64,000 nucleotides of DNA from an uncultured delta proteobacterium (lineage in GTDB: Bacteria; Myxococcota_A; Polyangia; Polyangiales; Polyangiaceae), in assembly GCA_963696385.1 (NCBI GenBank), contig CAVOKF010000004.1, positions 256,001 to 320,000 of the forward strand, in the 5' to 3' direction. The notes below the pieces were generated by a model. It was not told the origin of the DNA, did not search any database, and saw nothing but the letters and a program-made list of their open reading frames with translations. The translations under genes were made by a program, and so were the position numbers. Positions within the stretch are counted from its first letter, which is position 1; every line of letters begins with the position of its first letter. Below are positions 1-9,117 of the stretch, one piece after another.

Positions 1-1113
1 ATCGAATCGCTCGCGCGGTCCGAGGTGGAACTCTTGCGCGACGTGCGCGGCTGGGCGGTCGGACGCGTGCGCCTCGACGCGATCGGGAGCAGTCTCGCCC
101 GGATTCTCCGCACCCAGGTCGAAGTCCTCGTGCGTCGTGCCGGGGCGCTCGGCAACGCCGCACCGTTCGATGACGCGATCGGGGTGCTCCTTGCGCCGGC
201 CGATACGCCGAGACCGGATCGGGCCGTGCTGATCGAGGCCGAGCGGGGGCTCGCCGCCGCGGTCGTTTCGCGCGTGCTGCAGCGCGAGCCGGCGACTGTG
301 GTGAACCCCGCGCCGGCGCTGTCGCCCACGCTCGCCGGCGCGTTCGCCGCGACCGTGGTGGCCGCGGCGCGGCGTGCTCACCTCCGGACCGCGCTTCGCG
401 TCCTGTCGGCCGGCCCGTGTGGGGCAATCGAGGCCGAGATGGGGCGCGCGGCAACCAATCCCGTCGTGGTCGAACTGACGGTCCTCGTCGGAGACGACGC
501 CTATGCCGCACGAGTCGTCGCCTCGCGAGACGGCATTCGGGTGGCCAGGCCCCCCGTCTTTTCGGCGGCCACACTTTCCCGCCTCGGAGGCATCCCTCTC
601 GCGATGCCGGTCGTGGCGAATGCATTGCGTTTGACGGCGTGCGACATTGCCGCACTGCGATGCGGCGACGCACTCATTTCGCAACCGTGGCCGTTGTCCC
701 GTATGCCCGACGGCACCTGGCGGGGGCTCGCGTGGCTAGCCCCGCCGAACGCGGACGAGGGGATCCGAGTCGAGCTCTGCGATCAAGGACGCATCGTGCT
801 ACGCGGCGGGGTCGATGCGCTGGGCGCAGCGGAGGCGGAGATGTCGGAACGCAACGACGAGAGCGAACTGGTGAGCGCGGTCGGCGACATCCCCGTGGTC
901 GTCAAAGTGGAGATCGGCGAGGCGCGCATGGCCGCGCGCGACTGGGCGTCCCTCGCGCGTGGGGACGTGGTCGCGCTGGGCCGCCGCGTTGGCGAAGCGG
1001 TGATCCTGCGGGTCGGAGGCGTCGCCGTGGCGCGCGGTGAGCTCGTCGAGATCGAAGGGGAAATCGGCGTCCGCATCGGCGAGCGCCTGACCGACGATGG
1101 GGTCGGGCGATGA
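1..1113 (+). CDS. FliM/FliN-family (SpoA domain) C-ring protein, SctQ-like; 5' end probably outside the window
   Basis: C-terminal DIPVVVKVEIGEARM...GDVVALG...VAVARGELVEIEGEIGVRI is a SpoA/FliN domain, preceded by a degenerate first SpoA-like segment; the frame is open back to position 1. Confidence 0.8.
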   Translation: MESLARSEVELLRDVRGWAVGRVRLDAIGSSLARILRTQVEVLVRRAGALGNAAPFDDAIGVLLAPADTPRPDRAVLIEAERGLAAAVVSRVLQREPATVVNPAPALSPTLAGAFAATVVAAARRAHLRTALRVLSAGPCGAIEAEMGRAATNPVVVELTVLVGDDAYAARVVASRDGIRVARPPVFSAATLSRLGGIPLAMPVVANALRLTACDIAALRCGDALISQPWPLSRMPDGTWRGLAWLAPPNADEGIRVELCDQGRIVLRGGVDALGAAEAEMSERNDESELVSAVGDIPVVVKVEIGEARMAARDWASLARGDVVALGRRVGEAVILRVGGVAVARGELVEIEGEIGVRIGERLTDDGVGR

Positions 1114-1658
1114 CCGCCGGCGCGAAGCGGGTGCTGATGAGTGCCATCTGGGTCGGCGCATGCCAGAGGCCATCTCCGGACGCGAGCGTCCACGCCTCCG
1201 CCACGGCCGCCCCACACGATGCCGCGTTCGAGCGCGCCCCGACCACCGTACCTTCGGGCCATGGCGCGACAGCAGACACGGCAGCTTGGCGCGGCACGTA
1301 TCACAGCGCCACCGCGACCTTGTACGTCCCCTCCGAATGGAAGAGCGTGCACTGGAAGGTGCCGGAGACACCGCAGGGGGTCGGCGACGGGACCCTCGAG
1401 CTGACGGTCGACCCGACGACGCATCGCGTCTTCGGAACCCTCGACGGGCCGCTCGGGCCGGCGACGATCGACGGCTTTGCCTCGGGACATGCCCTCACCG
1501 CAACGCTTGCACGCAAGGATCCCGCGGACCGCGGCTTCGCAGGCACCATCGTCGGCGCCGTCGACGACGACGCTGTGACAGGGGTCGTCCATGCCGCTCT
1601 CGCCGAAGCGAGCGCCGTTCGCACCGCCATCTTCAGCCTTTCTCGGTCTTCGCACTGA
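1110..1658 (+). CDS. hypothetical lipoprotein
   Basis: ATGA overlap with the upstream stop; N-terminal ...AIWVGAC lipobox-like Cys. Confidence 0.65.
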   Translation: MTAGAKRVLMSAIWVGACQRPSPDASVHASATAAPHDAAFERAPTTVPSGHGATADTAAWRGTYHSATATLYVPSEWKSVHWKVPETPQGVGDGTLELTVDPTTHRVFGTLDGPLGPATIDGFASGHALTATLARKDPADRGFAGTIVGAVDDDAVTGVVHAALAEASAVRTAIFSLSRSSH

Positions 1659-2744
1659 ATGTTCCCGCCGACGCGATATCTCGAATGGATACGCCGCTAT
1701 TACGGCAAAATTCGTTATGACCTCGCGACGAGCGGCATCGCCATCGCGTGCCTCGAGGATCTCGGATCGCTCGATTCTCGACGACTGAGGGACCCCGACG
1801 GATGGGAGCGACTTCGCTCTGCCATCGCGAAGTACAACGACCGGCCTGCCGAAGAGGCCATAGCGACGCTGGGAGCGACCCATGCCCTATGGCTCGCGTA
1901 TTCGACGTTGACCGAGCCGGGCGACGAAATCCTCGTCGAAGATCCCGCCTACGAGCCTCTCGTCCGGATCGCGCAGGGCGTTGGAGCGAACGTCACGCGC
2001 TTTGAGCGGCCTTCGCGCGAGGGGTTTGCGTTGGACCCAGAGAGGGTTGCCCGAGCGATGACGCCACGGACGCGGCTCGTGGTCATCACCAACCTGCACA
2101 ACCCGAGCGGATGCCGAGTCTCGGACCCAGCGATTCGGGAAACGGCCCGACTCGCGTGGGGCCGGGGTGCCCTCGTCGTGGTCGACGAGGTCTACGCGCC
2201 GTTCGACGGGCTCGTCGACGCGTCGGGCGTATTTGGAGCCACGGCACGCAGGCTCGCCGACAACATTGTCGCGGTCTCGAGTCTGACCAAGTGTTACGGA
2301 CTTGGCCACGAACGGCTGGGCTGGTTGTTGGGCCCTGCGGACGTGGTCGCCCGTGCAGGCGACAACCTCACCACGAGCACGGGGTTTCTGCCCCTTGCGC
2401 ACGCTCACCGCGGGGTCTTCGCGTTCGAACGGATCGATGAGCTTGCCACCCGCGCACGCCTCGACCTCGCACGGAAGCGCGAGATCGTGCGCAGCTGGGT
2501 TGCCAGCCGGGGACTCACGTGGAGCGATCCGAAAGACGGGATCTTCGCGTTCGTGACCGTACCGGAGCGTGGCGACCTCATCGAGCGGATTCAAGCCGCC
2601 GCCAGCGAACGCGAGGTTCTTGTGGTGCCGGGGGTGTTCTTCGGCATTCCCAACGGATTTCGCATCGCCTGGTCGACCCCGCTTGCGATGCTGAACGAGG
2701 GCCTGGCGCGGCTGTCCGATGCTCTCGAGCTTGCGCCCGTGTAG
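1659..2744 (+). CDS. PLP-dependent aminotransferase class I/II
   Basis: TNLHNPSG, VDEVY, SLTKCYGLGHERLGW (PLP lysine) motifs. Confidence 0.9.
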   Translation: MFPPTRYLEWIRRYYGKIRYDLATSGIAIACLEDLGSLDSRRLRDPDGWERLRSAIAKYNDRPAEEAIATLGATHALWLAYSTLTEPGDEILVEDPAYEPLVRIAQGVGANVTRFERPSREGFALDPERVARAMTPRTRLVVITNLHNPSGCRVSDPAIRETARLAWGRGALVVVDEVYAPFDGLVDASGVFGATARRLADNIVAVSSLTKCYGLGHERLGWLLGPADVVARAGDNLTTSTGFLPLAHAHRGVFAFERIDELATRARLDLARKREIVRSWVASRGLTWSDPKDGIFAFVTVPERGDLIERIQAAASEREVLVVPGVFFGIPNGFRIAWSTPLAMLNEGLARLSDALELAPV

Positions 2745-2888
2745 AGTGGTGTCGATCCGGCCTTGCAATGCCTGCCCGTTCTGGCACGACAACGGCGGGG
2801 GTGAGCGAACGGAACCCGCGCGCGGCGGTGCTGCTAAGCTAGCCGGGCCCCCACCACCGCGCCGACCGCGGCCCACCAGGGATACCCC

Positions 2889-5732
2889 ATGCCCAGCCTC
2901 CTTCACGTATTTGGCAGCACGTTCCCGGCGTTCGCGGCGAGCCTCCTGCTCGGGGCGATGGTGGTTGCGAGTTATACGTTCGCCACCGCGCTCGCCGCGG
3001 GAGCCGACCACCGCCCGCGCACGCTCCAAGCGGCGCGGCTCGGCGCGTACGGCACGGTCGCCCTCATCGGGGTGACGGTCCTTTGCCTCGCTTACGCCTT
3101 CGTGACTCACGACTTTCGCATTCGATATGTCTCGCATTATTCCGATCGGTCGATGCCGCTGTCGTACCTGCTCACGGCGCTCTGGGGCGGACAGGACGGC
3201 TCGCTTCTTTGGTGGCTCTTTCTCCTGAGCGTCTACACGGGCGCGTGCGTCCGGTGGCTCGGGCGCCGATACATCGAGCTTCAGCCGTACGTGATCGCCA
3301 CCCTGATGGCGATCGTTCTCTTCTTCTGCGTGCTGATGGCCTTTGCCGCGAACCCGTTCGCCACGAACTTGTCGGGGGCCCGAGCCGACGGCGAGGGGCT
3401 CAACCCGCTTCTCCAGAATTACTGGATGATTATCCACCCACCTTGCCTCTACACCGGCTTCGTGGGCTGCTCGGTTCCGTTCGCGTTCGCGGTGGCCGCA
3501 CTCGTCACGGGTCGATTGGACCACGAATGGATCGTGGCCAGCCGAAAGTGGACGCTCTTCGCCTGGATGTTTCTCGGAATCGGCAACACCCTTGGAATGC
3601 TGTGGGCCTACGAGGAGCTCGGATGGGGCGGGTACTGGGGTTGGGATCCGGTCGAAAATGCCGCGTGCATGCCGTTCATCTCGGCGAGCGCGTACGTGCA
3701 CTCGGTCATGATTCAAGAGCGCCGGGGGACCCTCAAAGTCTGGAACGTGTTTTTGATCTGCCTGACCTTCTTTTTGACGATCTTCGGTACCTTTCTCACT
3801 CGATCCGGAATGATTTCGAGCGTGCACTCGTTCGCACAGTCGTCGATAGGCAGCTATTTCGCCGTGTTCCTCCTCGGCCTCGTCGCGTTCGCGGCCACGC
3901 TCGTGATGTGGCGTTGGCCAGAGCTGCGCGGCATGACGCCGTCGCCGCGGCTGCGCAAGGCCGCGCTGGCAGCCGGGTGGTTGGTCATCGGCGTCTGCCT
4001 GCCGGGGCTGGCGATCGTGTGGAGATCGGGGCTCCCGGTCGGGTGGAGGGTGGCCGTGATCGCGTTCCTGGCAGGCAGCGCGGTCTTCGTCGCACTCGAG
4101 ATCGTCTTTCGGAGAATGACCGCCGGGCTCGATATTCAACCGCGCAGACCGCAGATCGAGTCGATCTTCTCCCGGGAATTCACGTTCGTACTGAACAATT
4201 GGATCCTCTGCAGTTTGCTCTTTTTCATTCTCATCGCGACGACATTTCCGCTCATCAGCGAGGCACTGAGCGGAGAGAAAGTCACGGTCGGTCCACCGTT
4301 TTATTCGGCGTGGGTCCAACCGCTCGGATTGCTTCTGCTCGTGCTGATGGGCATTGGGACTCTCTTCGGGTGGAAGAAGACGGGCCCCGAGGCACTGCGA
4401 CGCGCCTTCCGAGCGCCCGTCATCGCGCTCATCGTGGCCGGCGCACTGCACCGGATATTCGGGGCCCGGATCGGTTTCCCCGCCGTCGTGTGGAGTGATC
4501 CGATTTACCCCGGCGCACTCGGGGCGGCGCTGCGCGTATTCAACGCGTTCACGCCGATCATGGGGTTCTCGCTGTGCGTCTTCAACGTGGCTGTGATCGT
4601 CCAAGAGTACGTGCTCCTCTTCCGCTCCCGTGCAAGCACGGGTGCGAATCGAACGCCCGCTGCACTCTGGTGGCTGGGTGGCCTGCCCGGCCTGGCCCAC
4701 ACGGTCCTGACGCTGCCGCCCCCGTCGAGGCGCCGCTACGGTGGCTACATCGTCCACCTCGGCATCGTGGTGATGTTCATGGGTTTCACCGGACAGTCGT
4801 GGAACGTGGACCGAGAGACGTCGCTGTTTCCGGGACAAAGCTACGACGTCGCCGGGTACACGCTCTCGTACGCCGGTGCCCGCATGGAGGTCGACAACAA
4901 CAAGCGAATGGTTTTCGCGGACGTCGACGTTTACAAGGGCGGGCACTTCCAAGAGCGATTGACCCCGGCCAAGTTCATTTACAAAAAACAGCCGGACTCT
5001 CCGACGACCGAGGTCGCGATCCATCACGGCCTGAGAGACGACGTGTACGTGATCGTCGGCACGATTAGCCCGTCGAACAAGAACCTCGCCGCGTTCCAGG
5101 TGCACATCAATCCCCTCGTCACCTGGATATGGCTCGGGTGCGTCATCCTCATCCTGGGCAGCGTCGTTTGCATGTGGCCGCAACTCGAACTCGGGGAGTC
5201 GAGGGTTTGGGCCGGGGCGCGGGGGATCGCAGCCACCGCCGCGAGCATCGTGCTCGGAATCATGCTGGCAGCGACGCCTGCGGCCCATGCCCAGACCATG
5301 ACGACCAACAGCGGGACCGTCCACATCGAGAGCGACCTCGAACGATCGATCTTCGGCTCGCTTCGGTGCATGTGTGGAACGTGCGCGCGCGATCTGCTCT
5401 CGACGTGCACGTGCGAGACGGCCGAAGAGGCACGGTCCAAGATCCGCGCGAAATTGAAGGCAGGGGAAACGCGCGATCGGATTCTGTCCGAATACGCAGC
5501 CGAGTACGGCTCCGACGCCATGGCCGTACCACCCAATCACGGGCTGCTCCGGGCGATCTGGGCCGTGCCCGTGTTCGGAATCGCCGGAGGAGCCTTCGGC
5601 CTCGCGCGGATGATGCGGCGCTGGCGAACGACGGGGCGTCCCGTGCCGATCGAGTCGCCAGCGTCACACGGGACCGTTCGCGACGCGTACGATGCTCGAC
5701 TCGACGATGAGCTGAAGCACCTCGATGGGTGA
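2889..5732 (+). CDS. ccmF: cytochrome c heme lyase CcmF fused to a C-terminal CcmH-like domain
   Basis: ALWGGQDGSLL, GLNPLLQ, IHPP, WAYEELGWGGYWGWDPVEN (WWD domain), SVHSF, YGGYIVHLG, HINPLVTWIW; C-terminal LRCMCGTC...EYAAEYG...PP + TM resembles CcmH. Confidence 0.92.
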   Translation: MPSLLHVFGSTFPAFAASLLLGAMVVASYTFATALAAGADHRPRTLQAARLGAYGTVALIGVTVLCLAYAFVTHDFRIRYVSHYSDRSMPLSYLLTALWGGQDGSLLWWLFLLSVYTGACVRWLGRRYIELQPYVIATLMAIVLFFCVLMAFAANPFATNLSGARADGEGLNPLLQNYWMIIHPPCLYTGFVGCSVPFAFAVAALVTGRLDHEWIVASRKWTLFAWMFLGIGNTLGMLWAYEELGWGGYWGWDPVENAACMPFISASAYVHSVMIQERRGTLKVWNVFLICLTFFLTIFGTFLTRSGMISSVHSFAQSSIGSYFAVFLLGLVAFAATLVMWRWPELRGMTPSPRLRKAALAAGWLVIGVCLPGLAIVWRSGLPVGWRVAVIAFLAGSAVFVALEIVFRRMTAGLDIQPRRPQIESIFSREFTFVLNNWILCSLLFFILIATTFPLISEALSGEKVTVGPPFYSAWVQPLGLLLLVLMGIGTLFGWKKTGPEALRRAFRAPVIALIVAGALHRIFGARIGFPAVVWSDPIYPGALGAALRVFNAFTPIMGFSLCVFNVAVIVQEYVLLFRSRASTGANRTPAALWWLGGLPGLAHTVLTLPPPSRRRYGGYIVHLGIVVMFMGFTGQSWNVDRETSLFPGQSYDVAGYTLSYAGARMEVDNNKRMVFADVDVYKGGHFQERLTPAKFIYKKQPDSPTTEVAIHHGLRDDVYVIVGTISPSNKNLAAFQVHINPLVTWIWLGCVILILGSVVCMWPQLELGESRVWAGARGIAATAASIVLGIMLAATPAAHAQTMTTNSGTVHIESDLERSIFGSLRCMCGTCARDLLSTCTCETAEEARSKIRAKLKAGETRDRILSEYAAEYGSDAMAVPPNHGLLRAIWAVPVFGIAGGAFGLARMMRRWRTTGRPVPIESPASHGTVRDAYDARLDDELKHLDG

Positions 5733-6405
5733 GGCTCGACTGGGCGCCGGATCGAGCCAGGAAGACTTGCGACGGCAGGGCGACGACGCCGAGCGCGCCA
5801 TCGCCCGCGCGTTCGCCATCGGACTGCCCGTGTGCACCGTGGTCGGGGCACTCGCCGCCGGAATCGTCGGCAGCGTCGGATCGGCGCTGCTCGTACTGGC
5901 GTCGGGCACTTTGCTGGCGACCATCGCGCTGCTTTGGGCGAGCCTTCGAACACTGACGGGCGAAGCTCCTCTTCCCTCCGACGTCGATCCCTTCGCGAAC
6001 AGGCGCCCCGACGTCGACGAGCTCGGCGAGAGAAAGCGCCGCGTGCTGCGCGCACTCAAGGATCTGCAGACCGAACACGATCTGGGCAAGATCGACGACG
6101 ACGATTATGACGAGATCGCGGCCCGATATCGCGAGGACGCCAAAGCTGTGATGAAGGAGATGGACCATCAGGCCGCGCCCGCGCGAGCCGAAGCAGAGAA
6201 GTTGGCGGCCGAGTTTCTATCGCGGAGACGGTCGACCGGGCGATTGCCCACCCGAGAGGCGGCGCCGAGCGCACGACCGACCCGAGAGGCGAACCGCATA
6301 CCCTGTTCCGGATGTGGGGTGTCGAACGAGCCGGATGCGACGTTCTGCAAGCGTTGTGGCGCAGCGCTGACGGGTGCCAAGGGTGAGGGCGATGAGGGTC
6401 CGTGA
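5725..6405 (+). CDS. membrane protein with CcmI-like coiled segment and C-terminal zinc ribbon
   Basis: two TM helices; LRALKDLQTEHDLGKIDDDDYDEIAARYR (CcmI-like); CSGCG...FCKRCG. Confidence 0.7.
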   Translation: MGEARLGAGSSQEDLRRQGDDAERAIARAFAIGLPVCTVVGALAAGIVGSVGSALLVLASGTLLATIALLWASLRTLTGEAPLPSDVDPFANRRPDVDELGERKRRVLRALKDLQTEHDLGKIDDDDYDEIAARYREDAKAVMKEMDHQAAPARAEAEKLAAEFLSRRRSTGRLPTREAAPSARPTREANRIPCSGCGVSNEPDATFCKRCGAALTGAKGEGDEGP

Positions 6406-7723
6406 TCGAATGGCCGCCCTCGCGGTCATGGCCGCGTCGCTCGGGACCGCGGGGACGTCAGACGCCCAAAGGGCGAAAGCAGCGGCCCCCGCCGGTGCAG
6501 TGGCCCAGGCGAGCGAGGGGGCGGCCGACCCGGGTGGAGGGGGCGATGCGCGTCCTACGGGGCATCCGCCCGTCGAGCCCGCGAATCCGCACGCGCGCGC
6601 GTCGGCCAACAGCGGGATGCCCGGTGTATTTCAGCCTCCGGAGGACGTCGAACAAGCCGATCCAACGCTGCCCGCCGGATCGATCTCGGTCGATCTTCAC
6701 GACCCCGACGACAAGCCGGTCGCGCACGAGATCGTCACCGTCGGAATTTTGATCAACTCGGTTGCCAAAGGCGACAGTCGCAAACACATTCAGAAAGACA
6801 CCGACGATCGCGGACATTGTGTTTTCTCCGATTTGGATACGGCGAGCAACATCGCGTATCGTGTCTCGGTCGGGTATCAAGGCGGCTCGTTCGCGGCGGC
6901 ACCGTTTCAATTGGGACAGGTCAAAGCGATGCACGTGCTGCTCCACGTGTATCCCGTCACTCGAGAGCTCGAGTCGACGCTCATCGTCAGCGAAGCAGCG
7001 ATCGGCGCGGAGCTCCGCGACGATCGGGTGCAGATCGAAGAGTCTCTCACGATCTACAACCTCGGGCGGGCCGCATGGCAGCCCGACGGAGTGACGATGT
7101 CGCTGCCGCCATCGTTCACCGCGTTCAACGCTCAAGCCTCGATGAGCGATCAGGGGGTCGACGAGGTCGAAGGACAGGGCGCACGGCTGCACGGAACGTT
7201 CTCGCCGGGCCAGCACGTCGTCCAATTTCGATGCCAAATTCCCTGGTCCGGAGACAAGGACGTCGATCTCGAATTGGGGCTCCCTCCTCACGTCGCCATC
7301 GCGCGAGTGGTCATGCCTGCCTCGTCGGGAATCAAGCTCACGGCCGCCGGGTTTCCTCCTGCCGAGCTGGTTCACGATTCGCGCGGACAGAGCTTTCTCG
7401 TGACCGAGCGCCGGCTGCGGCCAGCCGATCCGCGGATTCGATCTCTCGATATCGGAATTCACGACCTGCCCACTCCCGGACCGGGTCGATTGATCGCGAC
7501 GCTGCTGGCGGCGATCGGTGTGGGCCTCGGCATCCTTTTCGTCGCTCGGGGAGGCCGGCGCCGCGCGCCCATCGTGGCCCCAGAGCGGGCGCGCGATGCG
7601 CTGCTCGAAGAGATCGCCGCGCTCGAAGATGCGCTCGCCTCGGGAGAGGTCGGGCCGAGGACGTACGAGACGGCTCGACGCGAGTTGATCGATTTGCTCG
7701 CGATGACCCTGAACCCCGTTTGA
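6392..7723 (+). CDS. exported/membrane-anchored hypothetical protein of the ccm operon
   Basis: signal peptide, PTGHPPV motif, beta-rich body, C-terminal TM followed by RDALLEEIAALE helix; overlaps upstream gene. Confidence 0.7.
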   Translation: MRVRDRMAALAVMAASLGTAGTSDAQRAKAAAPAGAVAQASEGAADPGGGGDARPTGHPPVEPANPHARASANSGMPGVFQPPEDVEQADPTLPAGSISVDLHDPDDKPVAHEIVTVGILINSVAKGDSRKHIQKDTDDRGHCVFSDLDTASNIAYRVSVGYQGGSFAAAPFQLGQVKAMHVLLHVYPVTRELESTLIVSEAAIGAELRDDRVQIEESLTIYNLGRAAWQPDGVTMSLPPSFTAFNAQASMSDQGVDEVEGQGARLHGTFSPGQHVVQFRCQIPWSGDKDVDLELGLPPHVAIARVVMPASSGIKLTAAGFPPAELVHDSRGQSFLVTERRLRPADPRIRSLDIGIHDLPTPGPGRLIATLLAAIGVGLGILFVARGGRRRAPIVAPERARDALLEEIAALEDALASGEVGPRTYETARRELIDLLAMTLNPV

Positions 7724-7950
7724 GCCTCGCCTGCGCGGGGGACAACCTGGAGAAAAGGCTGGGAACTTCGCCCGGGAAGGACCTCTGGACAGGACCGGTC
7801 GCGGGATCTGTCCCGAGATTCGGGCCGTCTGTCCCGCGCGCCGTCCTCAGCCCGATTCCTGTCCAAAGGGTCGGGATTCCTTCCCTTTTTGCTTTTTCCC
7901 CTCCATCCCCAGGCTCTATCGACACTGCTACAAATCTAATCTAAGGATGC
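7724..7950. other. candidate chromosomal replication origin (oriC-like)
   Basis: several degenerate DnaA-box-like 9-mers (GGGGGACAA, CCTGGAGAA, TCTGGACAG, CTGTCCAAA); tandem TTTTCCCCT-CCATCCCCA, then GGC, then an AT-richer CTA/TAC tract, immediately before dnaN. Confidence 0.5.
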
Positions 7951-7965
7951 TGCCGAGATCGGCCG

Positions 7966-9111
7966 ATGGAACTCACGGTACCCAAAAAGGATCTGCTCAA
8001 GCTCGTGTCGCGCATGCAGGGCGTCGCGGAGCGCAAGAGCACCATGCCCGTGCTGTCCAACGTGTTGCTGGCGGTCGAGGGCCCAAGCTCGCTGCGCGTG
8101 GCCGCAACGGACCTGTACCTGGCTCTCGTCGGGCGAATCAGCGTCGACGTGAGCAAGGGGGGAAGTGTGGCGATCCCGGCCAAGGATCTTCTCGAACGCA
8201 TTCGGATGATGCCGGAAGGCCCCATTCATCTGGCATCCCAGGACAACGCGACGACGACGATCAAGGCGGCCGGCAGTGCGCGGCGTTACACGCTGCATGG
8301 AATGCCGGGAGAGGATTTTCCTCCGCTGCCTGCGCCCGCGGAGGGTTCGCCGTCGCTCGCCTTGGACGTGGAAGTTCTCGATGAACTGATCGCGAAGACG
8401 TATTTCTCGATTTCAGGCGACGAGACTCGCGCCCACCTGAACTCAGCTCTATTCGAATGGGACGGAGACGTCGTTCGGATGGTCACTACGGACGGGCACC
8501 GGCTTTCCAAAATGGAAGTTCGGGTCACCGGCAGGCAGGCCTCGGCGACGATGCTCATCCCGCTCAAGGCGATCCAAGAGCTCCGCAGATTGTGCGACGA
8601 CTTCGTGGGTGAGGCGAAGGAAGGCAAAGAGGGAGCGACGAAGCCTCAACTTCAGATCACCCAAAGTGGATCGAGCGCGTACTTTCAGGGCGGAGGGATG
8701 ACGTTCGCCGTTCGGTTGGTCGATGCTCAATTCCCGCCCTACGGCCAGGTCATCCCGCAGCAAAGCGAGAAGATCGTGCGTGTGCCTCGGGCCGCCTTTG
8801 CGGACGCGCTTCGCGCGGTATCCGTCGCGGCCAACGAGAGGACCGGCGGAGTCAAACTCGGCTTCGGTTCCGGTACGATGCGCATCACGACGGAGTCTCC
8901 AGACAGTGGCGAAGGGTTCGATGAAATTCCGATCGATTACTCCGGCGCGAACCTGACCATCGGATTCAACGCAAAGTACTTTCTGGACGTTCTCGGTGCG
9001 CTCGACGACGAAGATGTCGAACTCGGCTTTGGGGGGGAGCTCGACCCTGCAGTGATCCGGCCAGCGAGCGCGCTTTCCTTCTTGGCTGTCGTCATGCCCA
9101 TGCGCATTTGA
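7966..9111 (+). CDS. dnaN: DNA polymerase III beta clamp
   Basis: MPVLSNVLL, VAATDL, TTDGHRL, LVDAQFPPY, IGFNAKYFLD, C-terminal VVMPMRI. Confidence 0.98.
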   Translation: MELTVPKKDLLKLVSRMQGVAERKSTMPVLSNVLLAVEGPSSLRVAATDLYLALVGRISVDVSKGGSVAIPAKDLLERIRMMPEGPIHLASQDNATTTIKAAGSARRYTLHGMPGEDFPPLPAPAEGSPSLALDVEVLDELIAKTYFSISGDETRAHLNSALFEWDGDVVRMVTTDGHRLSKMEVRVTGRQASATMLIPLKAIQELRRLCDDFVGEAKEGKEGATKPQLQITQSGSSAYFQGGGMTFAVRLVDAQFPPYGQVIPQQSEKIVRVPRAAFADALRAVSVAANERTGGVKLGFGSGTMRITTESPDSGEGFDEIPIDYSGANLTIGFNAKYFLDVLGALDDEDVELGFGGELDPAVIRPASALSFLAVVMPMRI

Positions 9112-9117
9112 GACGCG

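Noticed and set aside
2782..2796. sigma54-like TGGCACG-ACAA-CGGC upstream of ccmF
   Set aside because: The -12 element is a poor match (CGGC versus TTGC) and there is little upstream room for an enhancer; unsupported.
1887..5540. 1217-aa antisense ORF (likewise 14233-16245, 40385-42031 and similar)
   Set aside because: Shadow ORFs opposite well-supported genes, expected from high-GC codon bias.
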